From the NCBI GenBank assembly GCA_963827275.1, contig CAWHAA010000005.1, positions 745,977 through 809,976 of the forward strand: a DNA stretch of 64,000 bases. The letters run 5' to 3'. Shown here one piece after another: positions 53,938-63,464 of this stretch (positions are counted from its first letter, which is position 1; each line of letters begins with the position of its first letter). The notes beneath the pieces are model-generated. The model was not told the DNA's origin. It searched no databases and saw only the letters and a list, made by a program, of their open reading frames with translations. The stretch comes from an uncultured Spirochaetota bacterium. Its GTDB lineage: Bacteria > Spirochaetota > UBA4802 > UBA5550. Both the position numbers and the translations under genes were made by a program.

Positions 53938-55623
53938 CTACTGCTTTCGGCTATGCTGACGGTATTTTTCCGGGGTCATGCCCATGATTTTCGGAAAGAC
54001 CCGGTTAAAGGTCCGGAGACTGTCACAGCCCACCGAAAAGGCGATCTGGATCACGCTTTCATCGGTTTCCGAGAGCCTCCTGGCAGCCTCCTTCATCCGC
54101 AGCTCGTTGATGTAGTCGCCGAGCTTCTTCCGGGTGTACAATTTAAAGAGCTTCCCCAGGCTGTCGGGATGCAGGTCTACCGTGGCCGCCAGGCCTTCGC
54201 GGGAAATGTCAAAGGTGTAATTTTCATCCAGATAGCCGATCACCTGCTGGATTTTCTCTTCTGTACGATCGTTGATGACCGGGAATGACCCTCCCCTTGG
54301 CGGTTTTGCTGATTCAGAGAGGCGCTTGTTCAGCAGGGCATTCTCTATGACAAAATTTTCCAGGTTTGTGTTGAGGTCCTGGACATCGTCGCTCATGTTG
54401 ATGAACCGCACGACCAGCACTATGGACGTGGCAACGAAGAGCCCGAAGGCCACGATGGGGAAAATCATGATCTGGAAATGCCCGTGGAACGGTTTTACGT
54501 CATATCCTCCGAATTTCAGGAGGTACCCGATCCCGTCATAGGCCGCCCCCATCACCACCACGATATCGAAAAAACTTAACAGCTTCGCGAACGGACGCTT
54601 TTTGACCAGGGCCGATACATGGCACGATATATAATAGGGATTGGTGAGCATGGTCACCAGGATCATGATAATTCCCGCCTCCCGCAGCCAGGAATCATCC
54701 AGAAAAATAAACGCGGTTACCATGGCGGCGGCCAGGTATATCAGGAGCACTATTTCGCTTTTTTTTCTTTTAAGGCCGTAGAACCGGTGAAGGAAGAAAG
54801 GGTGGAAGACATTGACCGCCCCCCAGGATATCCCGAGGATCCTGAAGCGGTTAAGCTGGCTGCCGTAGATATTCCAGTAGGTGCACAGCTCCAGCACCAT
54901 GAATAGACCGAACAACATCTGCAACCAGAAATAGTTATATTCCCGGTCGCGCGGCTGCAGTATGCTGAAAAAAACCATGATGAGGGAGAGCGTGAATCCC
55001 ATGGCAATGATGATGTAACAGAGATCGACAAACAGGAATCTGCGGGTTGTTCCGCTCGCCACGCAGTCTTTCGCCGACGTGAACGCGGCCTCCCCGAGCA
55101 TCTCGCCGATGATGTAGTAGGAAACCCTGACGGCGATGACATTGTGCCCGCCGTAGCGGATGAACTCCCGGTGCACCGGGTAATGCCGCGGATGGTTCCA
55201 CATTGAAAATTCATCCGGCGGGAATCCGCCCATGCCCCCGACCCTGACTCCGTTGAAATAGGTCTCGTCAGCGCTGCCGATTCTCCCCAGGATGAGGCCC
55301 GCGTCATCCTTCCCGGCAGGCATGTCGATGCGTACCGTCTTCCTGAGCCAGAGGACCCCCCTGACGGCCCCGGTCCCGGCCGCCTTCCGTTTCACATAGG
55401 ACATCATATTTCCGGGAAGGTCGATGCTGTCCCATGCCGCATCATTGAAGCCGGGCGCGGCGTAGCCCGGGTCGTCGCCGATCCTGATCTTCCATTCGCC
55501 GGCGAGCGGGGTCCTCCGGTCAAGAGTGGAAACTATAGTTTCTGAATATGAAGCACCCCGGAACAGGGAGAGAAGCAGGAAGGAGAGGACGATGGATTGG
55601 CGCAGGATATTTTTGATGTTCAT
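53938..55623 (-). CDS. Membrane AraC regulator: extracytoplasmic galactose-binding-like domain + 7TM + AraC HTH
   Basis: GEWK..GDD...W, LWLRK, DETYFNG; about 7 TM segments; YINELR...IAFSVG..SLRTFNRVF...TP..YR. Confidence 0.9.
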   Translation of the reverse strand: MNIKNILRQSIVLSFLLLSLFRGASYSETIVSTLDRRTPLAGEWKIRIGDDPGYAAPGFNDAAWDSIDLPGNMMSYVKRKAAGTGAVRGVLWLRKTVRIDMPAGKDDAGLILGRIGSADETYFNGVRVGGMGGFPPDEFSMWNHPRHYPVHREFIRYGGHNVIAVRVSYYIIGEMLGEAAFTSAKDCVASGTTRRFLFVDLCYIIIAMGFTLSLIMVFFSILQPRDREYNYFWLQMLFGLFMVLELCTYWNIYGSQLNRFRILGISWGAVNVFHPFFLHRFYGLKRKKSEIVLLIYLAAAMVTAFIFLDDSWLREAGIIMILVTMLTNPYYISCHVSALVKKRPFAKLLSFFDIVVVMGAAYDGIGYLLKFGGYDVKPFHGHFQIMIFPIVAFGLFVATSIVLVVRFINMSDDVQDLNTNLENFVIENALLNKRLSESAKPPRGGSFPVINDRTEEKIQQVIGYLDENYTFDISREGLAATVDLHPDSLGKLFKLYTRKKLGDYINELRMKEAARRLSETDESVIQIAFSVGCDSLRTFNRVFPKIMGMTPEKYRQHSRKQ

Positions 55624-55634
55624 GTCAGGAACCC

Positions 55635-56864
55635 CTATGCCTCCCCGTCCATTTCAAGAATATACTCGTGCAGTATTCCAAGGACCGCCTCCACCGCTTC
55701 CGGCTGGATATGGTCAACGGTGTCATGGGGGGTGTGGTAGACTACCGCGTCCCGTTCGACACTCACGGGCATGGCAAGCAGCGTGGTGGCTTCAACGCCG
55801 ACCCTGGCCAGCTCCGCCGCGTCCGTGCCGCCGCCGCCGAAAGGCATGACTAAGGGCTTTGTCCTGTACCCCAGGCGTCCGGCGATTTCAATGCAGCGTC
55901 GCGCCATCTTCCGCGAAAGCGCCGTGAAGCCGTTGATGTCCCTCACGAGGAACTTTATCTTGTCGAGGTCATAGATGCTGTCCATGTTGAAGCAGGAGGT
56001 GGGTACCGCCTGTAGTTCCGCCCGGTGCCTTCTCGCGTAGGCCCTGGCGCCCCTCAGGCCGGACTCCTCCGCGTCAAAGCTGAGGATGATGAGGCGCGTG
56101 TGCCTGAGCACGGCCTTTTTTTTCCTCCCTGTCTTTCCGAATATCCCGGCGATTTTCAACGCTATGGCCGTGGCTATCATGTTGTCGCCCGCGCCGGGCG
56201 TCCCGTTCTTCCCTATGAAGAAATAGAGCGGTGCGACGAAAACAAAAGAAACGACCGCCCCGTACCGGAAGATGTCGGCGAACGGCGGCGGCGCGTCAAA
56301 CGCGTATTTCATGATCACCCATGCCCACGCGAGGATGAGCGCCACGTTCATCGGGAGAACGCCGAGGACGAGCCGTATCCTGTAGAGTTTGGGGAACTTC
56401 GTGAAGAAATTGAACACGTAGGCGCTGTCGTGATGTCCGCTGACGATTATCTGCCGCCTGACTTCGCCGGCCGGCTCGATGACGCCGTACACGTTATATC
56501 CTTTTTCCTTTTTATAGAAGCGATCGAAAACCTTCAGGTAAAAAACGAACTGGGACAGGCTGATGACGGCGATGAACGTATATCCTGTCGCCGCGGGTAC
56601 CACGTATCCGAAAAACAGGAACAGCGATGAAACGATATAGACAACCGCGGATGTCCGGATGAACCCCAGCAGCGCCGCGGGGTGCACGTCAAATTCCTCG
56701 ATCCCGGCGCGGTCGCACTGCCTGTCCATCTCCCTTTTGATGATGTCGCCCGACCGTTTGCATGCTTCGCTCCCGGCCAGGCGCGGCCCGCATTCGTCAA
56801 TTATCTTGCGGGTAAAATCGAGCGCTTCCTTCGCCAGCCTGCCGGCGTCAAATATTTTTTTCAT
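55635..56864 (-). CDS. M28-family membrane metallopeptidase
   Basis: SGHHDS, PGAGDN, DAEESGLRGA, NMD, GTD, YHTPHD. Confidence 0.88.
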   Translation of the reverse strand: MKKIFDAGRLAKEALDFTRKIIDECGPRLAGSEACKRSGDIIKREMDRQCDRAGIEEFDVHPAALLGFIRTSAVVYIVSSLFLFFGYVVPAATGYTFIAVISLSQFVFYLKVFDRFYKKEKGYNVYGVIEPAGEVRRQIIVSGHHDSAYVFNFFTKFPKLYRIRLVLGVLPMNVALILAWAWVIMKYAFDAPPPFADIFRYGAVVSFVFVAPLYFFIGKNGTPGAGDNMIATAIALKIAGIFGKTGRKKKAVLRHTRLIILSFDAEESGLRGARAYARRHRAELQAVPTSCFNMDSIYDLDKIKFLVRDINGFTALSRKMARRCIEIAGRLGYRTKPLVMPFGGGGTDAAELARVGVEATTLLAMPVSVERDAVVYHTPHDTVDHIQPEAVEAVLGILHEYILEMDGEA

Positions 56865-57143
56865 TGATCACTCTGTTTCTTCATGTTTTTGCGGTTCCTG
56901 TAGCAGCCGACAACAGCCGTACGGACCTGTCACCTAAGAATATACATCAAAGAACCTGACATCGGAAATTTATTTTAAAAAAATTTTAAGGCGCCTGTAC
57001 AGTACGTTATGGGTTACAAGAACCGGAACTCCTGAATCCCGCCGCGTTTCCCGGGCTTAATTCAGCTTACTGTTATGCGCCTGAGCCAACAATGTATCTG
57101 ATATTGGACTCATCTGACGGGAATGAAGAACGGCGAAATATAA

Positions 57144-57229
57144 TGTCATTTCAAGCAGCGATCTTACTTTGGCAAGACAATCATTTTAACAGCTGGTATA
57201 TTCATCCCAGACCGGCTGGATGGTTTTTA
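57144..57229 (+). promoter_or_regulatory. 86-bp duplicated promoter/operator upstream of the lipase-like lipoprotein (copy 2)
   Basis: Inverted copy of 53760-53845. Confidence 0.8.
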
Positions 57230-57252
57230 TGATTTCAGCCGGATTAGAGCAA

Positions 57253-57388
57253 CAAAAATTTCAGGCCCCTGTACAGCGCTTTTTATGACGGAGAGGGCCT
57301 AATTTGAGAGGGGTACGGCTTCAGATAAAACGGATCGTGCCCCCTGGGCCTTTTCCGGAGAGAATGTAATTTCTTATATAAATAATGG
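57253..57388 (+). repeat. Dispersed non-coding element, diverged copy C
   Basis: Shares AAAAATTT..GCC..CTGT.CA.CGCTTTTT, GATAAAACG, GGGCCTTTT..CGGAGAG, GTAATTTCTTA with copy A. Confidence 0.75.
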
Positions 57389-57426
57389 TTTTATTATAAA
57401 TACATTAAATTAATGAGGGGGATCTT

Positions 57427-59553
57427 ATGCTTCTGTATCGTAAAGCATCATTAATGTTTCTTGTTTTAACGCTTACTTGCGGCCTTAATTGCAGGGATGA
57501 AAGCTCCAGCCTTGGGTCGCTGTTATTCAATTCATCTGGTTCCAGCGGCGCCACAGGCGACAGCGGAACAGTGAACGGGCTCCCTGATCTTTATTGCAAC
57601 TTGAAGGCTACGCCGCTTGCAGGCAATAACATAAATCCCGCGCATCTTGACGGCCATAATACCCTGATGCCGTTTCCAACGGACGTGCTGGCCTATCGGG
57701 ACATATCCTCTCCTACCGGAGTCCGCCTGAAAATAACAGATGAAAACCTGCCGTCACAAGTTGGCCAGTTGCCCGAAGCCATTCAGTTAAAGACATTGCT
57801 TAAAAACCCTGATGGGTCCGATGTTGACGGTTTTTCCGCCACCAGCAACGTTCTGTTTGAGTTTGACCGCGCAGTAGATCCCGCATGGGTCCGGAATGAA
57901 GACGACTTAATGGCCCGGGACGGGGGAGACACCTTTCGCCTGTTGGATCTCACCACCGGTGAATATCTGCCAGCCCTTGCCATGGAGAGCCATCACGCCA
58001 AAGACCAGAACATGATATCGCGTGATTACGTAATGCAGGTAATGCCCCGCGGGCGGTTCGAATACGGCAGACGGTATATGGCCTTTGTCACCAAGAAATT
58101 CAAGGACAAGGACGGCAGGGATTTCGCCTGCTCGACGGGTTTTCTGAAAGCCAAGTCCGGCGATGGATCCGACATCTCAAACTTTTATGAACCCTATTTA
58201 CAGTACCTCGAAACCGGCAAGGGGATCAGTCGCGATCAGATCCTGGCGGCGACTATCTTTACCATACGAAGCAGGGAGAGCACCGTGGCTCCGCTCACGG
58301 ACATGTTCAAGACCATCCTGCAAGACGATTTCAACAGCGACACCGTGAAGATAACAGGCAATATAGACGTGTCGGGCATACTTCCCGCCTTCAGCCGGAT
58401 ACTATCCGGAAAGATGCTGTTCAGGAGCTTCCTGGACGAAAACGGGGTGCTCAGGTACACGCCGGGCTTCAAAGGACAGAGGAATGCTTATGTCAAAAAG
58501 AACTGGGTCCCGTTCCTGTTCTTCATACCCAGCAAGAAAATGCCCAAGCCGTATCCCGTCAATATTCTGGGCTCCGGCATCGGCATGTCAAAGGAACTCA
58601 TGATATACCATGCCCTCTTCAATGCCCAGGCAGGCGTTGCGTCGATCTCCATTGACTGGGTCTATCACGGCGAGCGCATTCTCAATGACGGGATTTCCGT
58701 GTATGAGCTGATTGGGTGGGCCCCGGGAAGCATACAGCCGAATGGCGGGATTTTCCCGCGCCTGCTGTCGATGTTCATGCATGTCTCCCTTGATTCGATG
58801 TCAACCTACAGGGCGGTTAAAACCTATTTCGCGAATTCCGCTGTAGAAGGGTTGTGTGATCTTGATGCCGGCAACCTGACGTATACCGGCGTGTCGCTCG
58901 GCTCCCTGTGCGGGGCAAGCGCGGCCGCCTGCATGCCGGATCTGAAGGGCGCCTTTCTCCATGTGGCTTCGGTAAACTTGAACAAGCTTCTCAGCTGCGG
59001 AACGTTTCTTGAGAACGTGATAGGCGTCTCGATGCCGAAGGGGCTTACCGGCGCGTGGTATGCGGTGGGCATGGACGTGATCGTGGGCCAGCAGAGCGAT
59101 GTCTTTGACGGGGTGCACTTCGCCGACGGCTTCAGGAAAGGCGTGCCGGAGATGAATACCGGTCCGCGGCCCCTGGCGGGCACCTTTGCGGCGAACGACG
59201 GCTGGGTGACGGCCGAAGCGGGTGTTTCCCTTATCGAGGTGGCCGGGCTGCCCATGGTCGTCACGCAGGAAGAGCCCGAAAACATGCAGGATTTTCTCGA
59301 GAATTTCATCGGCAATACGACCGCGAGCACCTTTGCCCCCTATGACAATTACGGGGCGATCCAGCTCGCTGAGATAAACCCGGCCTGGAACCTGAACGAG
59401 GCGATGCAGGGGACGGATATCTGGAACCTGCTCGAGTTGATGACCAGCTACAACTTTTATGATATATCGGGAACCCTGGAACATATCCTCTGCGGAGCGT
59501 CGGGCACGGCTGCGTACTATCAGATTGACTGGATCAAAGGTGTACAGTTTTAG
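57427..59553 (+). CDS. Large lipoprotein with alpha/beta-hydrolase (lipase-like) domain
   Basis: Lipoprotein-type signal; PFPTD, DGFS N-terminal motifs; HGER; YTGVSLG nucleophile elbow. Confidence 0.75.
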   Translation: MLLYRKASLMFLVLTLTCGLNCRDESSSLGSLLFNSSGSSGATGDSGTVNGLPDLYCNLKATPLAGNNINPAHLDGHNTLMPFPTDVLAYRDISSPTGVRLKITDENLPSQVGQLPEAIQLKTLLKNPDGSDVDGFSATSNVLFEFDRAVDPAWVRNEDDLMARDGGDTFRLLDLTTGEYLPALAMESHHAKDQNMISRDYVMQVMPRGRFEYGRRYMAFVTKKFKDKDGRDFACSTGFLKAKSGDGSDISNFYEPYLQYLETGKGISRDQILAATIFTIRSRESTVAPLTDMFKTILQDDFNSDTVKITGNIDVSGILPAFSRILSGKMLFRSFLDENGVLRYTPGFKGQRNAYVKKNWVPFLFFIPSKKMPKPYPVNILGSGIGMSKELMIYHALFNAQAGVASISIDWVYHGERILNDGISVYELIGWAPGSIQPNGGIFPRLLSMFMHVSLDSMSTYRAVKTYFANSAVEGLCDLDAGNLTYTGVSLGSLCGASAAACMPDLKGAFLHVASVNLNKLLSCGTFLENVIGVSMPKGLTGAWYAVGMDVIVGQQSDVFDGVHFADGFRKGVPEMNTGPRPLAGTFAANDGWVTAEAGVSLIEVAGLPMVVTQEEPENMQDFLENFIGNTTASTFAPYDNYGAIQLAEINPAWNLNEAMQGTDIWNLLELMTSYNFYDISGTLEHILCGASGTAAYYQIDWIKGVQF

Positions 59554-59560
59554 TGTTGAG

Positions 59561-59664
59561 TGACCGGGAGGAGAGAGCCCGAGGCCGTCAGTATCCCGAC
59601 ATCCTGTCGAGTGACGGCAGGCGGGCATCCTGCCCGTTCAGGGAAGGACTGAGTGTCCTTCCCT
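59561..59664 (+). ncRNA. Candidate structured RNA or mobile-element non-coding end remnant
   Basis: Long stem with internal loops (59561-59640) plus hairpin AGGGAAGGAC-TGAGT-GTCCTTCCCT. Confidence 0.35.
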
Positions 59665-59675
59665 CTCGCACATAA

Positions 59676-60977
59676 TCACTTCGTCTCCTTCCAGATCCTG
59701 AGCGTGTTCCGGTAAAAATCGAACGGCGGCGCGGCAGGCTCGAGGTTCTTGACGAGCACCTTCCGCGCCCACCGGCGCTCGGTATACTCGCAGATGTCCT
59801 TGATGTTCCTGCCCGAGAGCCCCTCGCTCCGCTCGCCCAGGTGCGCGCACTCGGCCTCAGCCAGTTTCTTCGCGTAGTTCGCGAATATCGCCGCGCGCTC
59901 CGCCGCGTTCGGCAGGGGGAAGAATACGGTCTGGTCGAAGCGGCTGATCAGGGCGTGGTCCAGGTCGTTCTTGCGGTTGGTGGCCCCGATCGTTATGGTG
60001 GAAGCGGCCGCGTCGATCCCGTCAAGGCGCCGCAGGAGCACCGAGAGGATCTGCCGCGTCGCCTCGAACATGTTCTGGTCGCGGGAGCCGGCGAGGGAAT
60101 CGATCTCGTCGAGAAATATGATGGCGCCGCCCAGGTCCTCGCAGGCGTCGAAGATTTGCGACAGGTTCTGGGAGGACTCCCCGTACCACTTCGACATGAT
60201 CGACTCCACCGGCACGTACACCAGCGGCAGGTCGGACTCGCCGGCGATGATGCGCGCCGCGGTGGTCTTGCCGACGCCGGGCGGGCCGTCGAAGAGGATG
60301 GCGCGCGGCCGGTTCGACTCGAACACCTTCCGCGTCATGCGCGCGATCGTATCGTACATCTCCGGGTTCTGCAGCGGCAGGATCACGGACTCCCTGATGT
60401 TCCGCTTCACCTCCTCGTACCCGGCGATATAGTCCCATGAGAGGTCCTTGTCCGGCTCGACGATGGAGGCGCCCAGCGCCCGCAGGCGGAAGGCCGGGTC
60501 CTGCCGCGAGGCGGACACGGCGCGGCGGAACATCTCCACCGCCATGTTGATCTCCTCCTGGGTGAGGTTCCCTTTCCTGGAAATCTCCACCCGTGACGAC
60601 GTCGAGAGCACGAAGAATTCAACCTTGCAGTTATCAAGGATGTTTTCGGTCTTGAAGATGTTCCTGTTCAGCGCCTGGAAGGCGTAGTAGCCGCTGTCGA
60701 ACGAATGGACCCGCAGGTGGGCGATGTACTTCTTGATGATCAGGACAAAATCGATAAGCATGCCGGGCGTTATGGGCGGCGTGGCGAAGTGGATGCGGGT
60801 GGTCCCCTTCTCGAAGGTTATCTGCGGGGGCGCCTGGCCTTCCATCCCCTTTTTTTCAAGTAAGCCGAGGACCTCCTTTTCCACCTGCTCCTTCATCCGG
60901 TCATAGGGGATCAGGTGCGTCTCTTCCGCCTGCGGCTTCATCCCCTCTTTTTCCTGCGAAATCCGTGTTATCGCCAT
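59676..60977 (-). CDS. AAA+ ATPase (CDC48/proteasome-ATPase-like single AAA module)
   Basis: GPPGVGKT, IIFLDEID, GATNR..DLD.ALISRFD. Confidence 0.92.
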   Translation of the reverse strand: MAITRISQEKEGMKPQAEETHLIPYDRMKEQVEKEVLGLLEKKGMEGQAPPQITFEKGTTRIHFATPPITPGMLIDFVLIIKKYIAHLRVHSFDSGYYAFQALNRNIFKTENILDNCKVEFFVLSTSSRVEISRKGNLTQEEINMAVEMFRRAVSASRQDPAFRLRALGASIVEPDKDLSWDYIAGYEEVKRNIRESVILPLQNPEMYDTIARMTRKVFESNRPRAILFDGPPGVGKTTAARIIAGESDLPLVYVPVESIMSKWYGESSQNLSQIFDACEDLGGAIIFLDEIDSLAGSRDQNMFEATRQILSVLLRRLDGIDAAASTITIGATNRKNDLDHALISRFDQTVFFPLPNAAERAAIFANYAKKLAEAECAHLGERSEGLSGRNIKDICEYTERRWARKVLVKNLEPAAPPFDFYRNTLRIWKETK

Positions 60978-60997
60978 CTCCGTTCATCGCCCCCCTG

Positions 60998-61207
60998 TCA
61001 CCAATCCAATTCAATCGCCAGAAGTTTTTCATTACAGTAAAAATCAAGGATGTAGCAATATATCGGATGCTGACATCTAAATTTATATCCCTCGACCTTT
61101 TTGCTCTTCAAACGCTCCAACAACAAACGTTCACTGGCAGTCAGATTATTTCGCAAGTCTCTTGCCAGTTGAACTAAATAATCAGGTGTCTTAATGCCAT
61201 TATTCAT
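60998..61207 (-). pseudogene. C-terminally truncated DUF559 (Vsr-like) endonuclease
   Basis: LARDLRNNLTASE..L...KFRCQHPI..YILDFYC..LAIELD, then stop where DG..H is expected; AT-rich. Confidence 0.8.
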
Positions 61208-61219
61208 AATCCTTTACAA

Positions 61220-61306
61220 TCAGCCCCTTTGATTCGTGCCCCCTACGGGGGTCAGGGGGGAGTTCAGCCCCTTTGATTCGTGCCCCCAACGGGGGACAGG
61301 GGGGAG
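61220..61306. repeat. Two tandem 44-bp nested-palindrome repeats
   Basis: TCAGCCCCTTTGATTCGTGCCCCC(T/A)ACGGGGG(T/A)CAGGGGGGAG at 61220 and 61264. Confidence 0.9.
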
Positions 61307-61325
61307 CTCCGAAGGGGACGGACCG

Positions 61326-61584
61326 TCATACCACCGGGTAGGGCGGGTACGGCGCGGCGGGCCGGCGATTCCGCGCCGCTATCCTTTTCACGGTCCAGAT
61401 GATCAGCCTGCTCACGCAGAAATAGACCATCATCCCGATGACGATGCCGACCGCCGCGTACGCAGCGCCCTCGAGGTTGAACGGCAGGCCCGGGGTGAAA
61501 TTCGCCAGGGTGGCGCGGGCGATATCGAAATCCATGTTCTGGAGGAACACGAAAAACTTCTTGTACGCGGGCGCGGCCTCAAGC
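61326..61584 (-). CDS. 3' fragment of a DUF2937-like membrane protein, 5' end missing
   Basis: LEAAPAYKKF...DFDIARATLANFTPGLPF..EG..YA; abuts the exbD fragment. Confidence 0.55.
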
Positions 61585-61858
61585 TACCAATTCGGGCATG
61601 TCGGGGTCGGTGGGGGCGTCGTATTCGAGGTCGTTGAGGAAGACGTTGCCGTCCTCGGTGATCTGGATGATCTGCTCGTCGGGGATCTCGACGGCGTCGG
61701 ACTGCGTCGGCGGTGCCGGGCAGGGCGAAGGAGATGTCGGCCTCCTGCTGGTTGAAGGTGGTGGAGACCATGAAGAAGACGAGCAGGAGGAAGACGCAGT
61801 CGATCATGGGGGTCATGTCGACCTCGGCCTTGACGTCGTCGTTGTGCTTGAGTTTCAT
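61585..61858 (-). CDS. exbD: ExbD/TolR protein, 3'-truncated and frameshifted
   Basis: VDMTPMIDCVFLLLVFFMV. Confidence 0.75.
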
Positions 61859-62323
61859 CAGATGCCTCCCCCGGCGGCTTCGCTCTGGAAGGTGCCGAAG
61901 ATGATGTCGAAGATGCCGGCGTTGGCGCAGGCGCGGATGGCGCGCTTGACGATCTTGAACTCGGCGTTCGGTCCACGCGCATGTAGATGCGCAGTTCGGG
62001 CTCGGTCGGCGCGGCGTTCGGCGATGGCCTTGACGAGGCCGGGTTCGTCCGTGAGCTGCCCGTAGATGATGAAGGGCATGGTCTCGGAGGTGGCGCCGCC
62101 GCCGATGGGGGTGCCCAGCGGCACGATGTTGACGACGCCGCGGCCGCGCAGGTCGTCGGGGATGGCGGCCTTGGGGGCGATGGGCAGGACGACCTCGGGG
62201 GTCTGGTCCACCTTGCTCATCGTGGCGCGACACCATGAAGAAGATGAGCAGCAGGAAGACGCAGTCGATCATGGGGGTCATGTCGACGCTGGCATCGGGC
62301 TCTTCTGGCTTTCGGAGTTTCAT
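61858..62323 (-). CDS. exbD: ExbD/TolR protein, frameshifted
   Basis: VDMTPMIDCVFLLLIFFMV; C-terminal IVKRAIRACANAGIFDIIF. Confidence 0.8.
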
Positions 62324-62373
62324 GGTGTGAGGGTTCACGGTTCAGGGTTCACGGTTCAGCGGTTGGGGACCTC

Positions 62374-62748
62374 CTAGGTTTCGTTCTCGACGGGGGCGGC
62401 GGCCGGCTTCGGACTCGGCGAAGAGGTCGCCGGAGCCGGTGAGGGCGTCGATGATGGCGGAGTATTCGCCTTCGGCGTCGCGGACGATGCGGGAGAGGTT
62501 GTTGCGGAAGATGAAGAAGGCGAACATGGCGGGGATGGCGATGATCAGGCCGGTGGCGGTGGTGATGAGGGCTTCGCCGATGTTGCCGGCGAGGAGTTCG
62601 GGCTTGCCCATGCCGCCGGTGCCGATCTTCTGGAAGGCGCCGATCATGCCGGAGACGGTGCCCAGCAGTCCGATCATGGGGGAGATGCTGGCGAAGAGGG
62701 AGAGGAAGTTGATCCAGAAGCTGACCTGGGCTTCCTCGCGGCCGACGG
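62374..62748 (-). CDS. exbB: 3' part of a MotA/TolQ/ExbB protein, 5' end missing
   Basis: [17 protein letters not shown]...[16 protein letters not shown]. Confidence 0.85.
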
Positions 62749-62749
62749 C

Positions 62750-63340
62750 TCGGCTACTTCGCGGACTTCGGCTACGACTCGCTCGACCGGCCCGATTTCC
62801 CGGGGCACGGACTGCGCGTGCGCAGCCGCTACTCATGGAGCGACGGGAACCTCGGGGCCGATGAGGACTACGAGGCCTGGAATACGGTGGCAACCGGCAG
62901 CTTCAGTTTCGGCCGCAACAGTTTCACCGCTGTCGGGCGCTGGGCGGAGCTCGATCTCGACAGCGGCGGACTCACCCTGGCCGGCGCGGACGTGCTGCCC
63001 GCACGTGTGTACACGCTGGGTGGCTTTCTCCTCGAGCTGTCGGGTGACACCAAGGACTCGCTGGCGGGGAACTATCTCGGCCTGGCAAGCCTGACCTATT
63101 ACCGCCGCCTGACCGAGCAGTCGCTGCTGCCGGTCGACATGCCGGTTTACGCGGCGCAGAGCATCGAGGCGGGCAACACGTGGCTCGAGAGGAGTGGACG
63201 CGGGCTTCGACGAGCTGATTTACGCGGGCAGCCTGTTCCTCGGCGTCGACTCGCCGGTGCGGCCGATCTATGTCGGCGTCGGGATGGCCGAGAACAGCCA
63301 GTACGCGCTGTTCCTGAAGATCGGGCAGATACTCGACTGA
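62750..63340 (+). CDS. 3' fragment of a BamA-type barrel (patatin-associated type), 5' end missing, frameshifted
   Basis: [21 protein letters not shown]; terminal ALFLKIGQ. Confidence 0.65.
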
Positions 63341-63379
63341 GCGGGCGGTCGCGGGCATGGCCCGCTCCTGCAAGACACC

Positions 63380-63450
63380 TGTGGGGTCGCCATTCATGGC
63401 GACATCTGCCTTCGGAGAGGCACAGTCGGCATAAATGCCGACCGGCCACA
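63380..63450. repeat. Inverted pair of REP-like palindromes
   Basis: GTCGCCATTCATGGCGAC and GTCGGCATAAATGCCGAC flanked by TGTGG/CCACA, between convergent genes. Confidence 0.6.
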
Positions 63451-63464
63451 TGCCCGCGCCAGAT

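Noticed and set aside
62332..62363. Short GGTTCA(C/G) heptamer repeat between exbB and exbD
   Set aside because: Low-copy simple repeat in the probably foreign segment; no evidence of function
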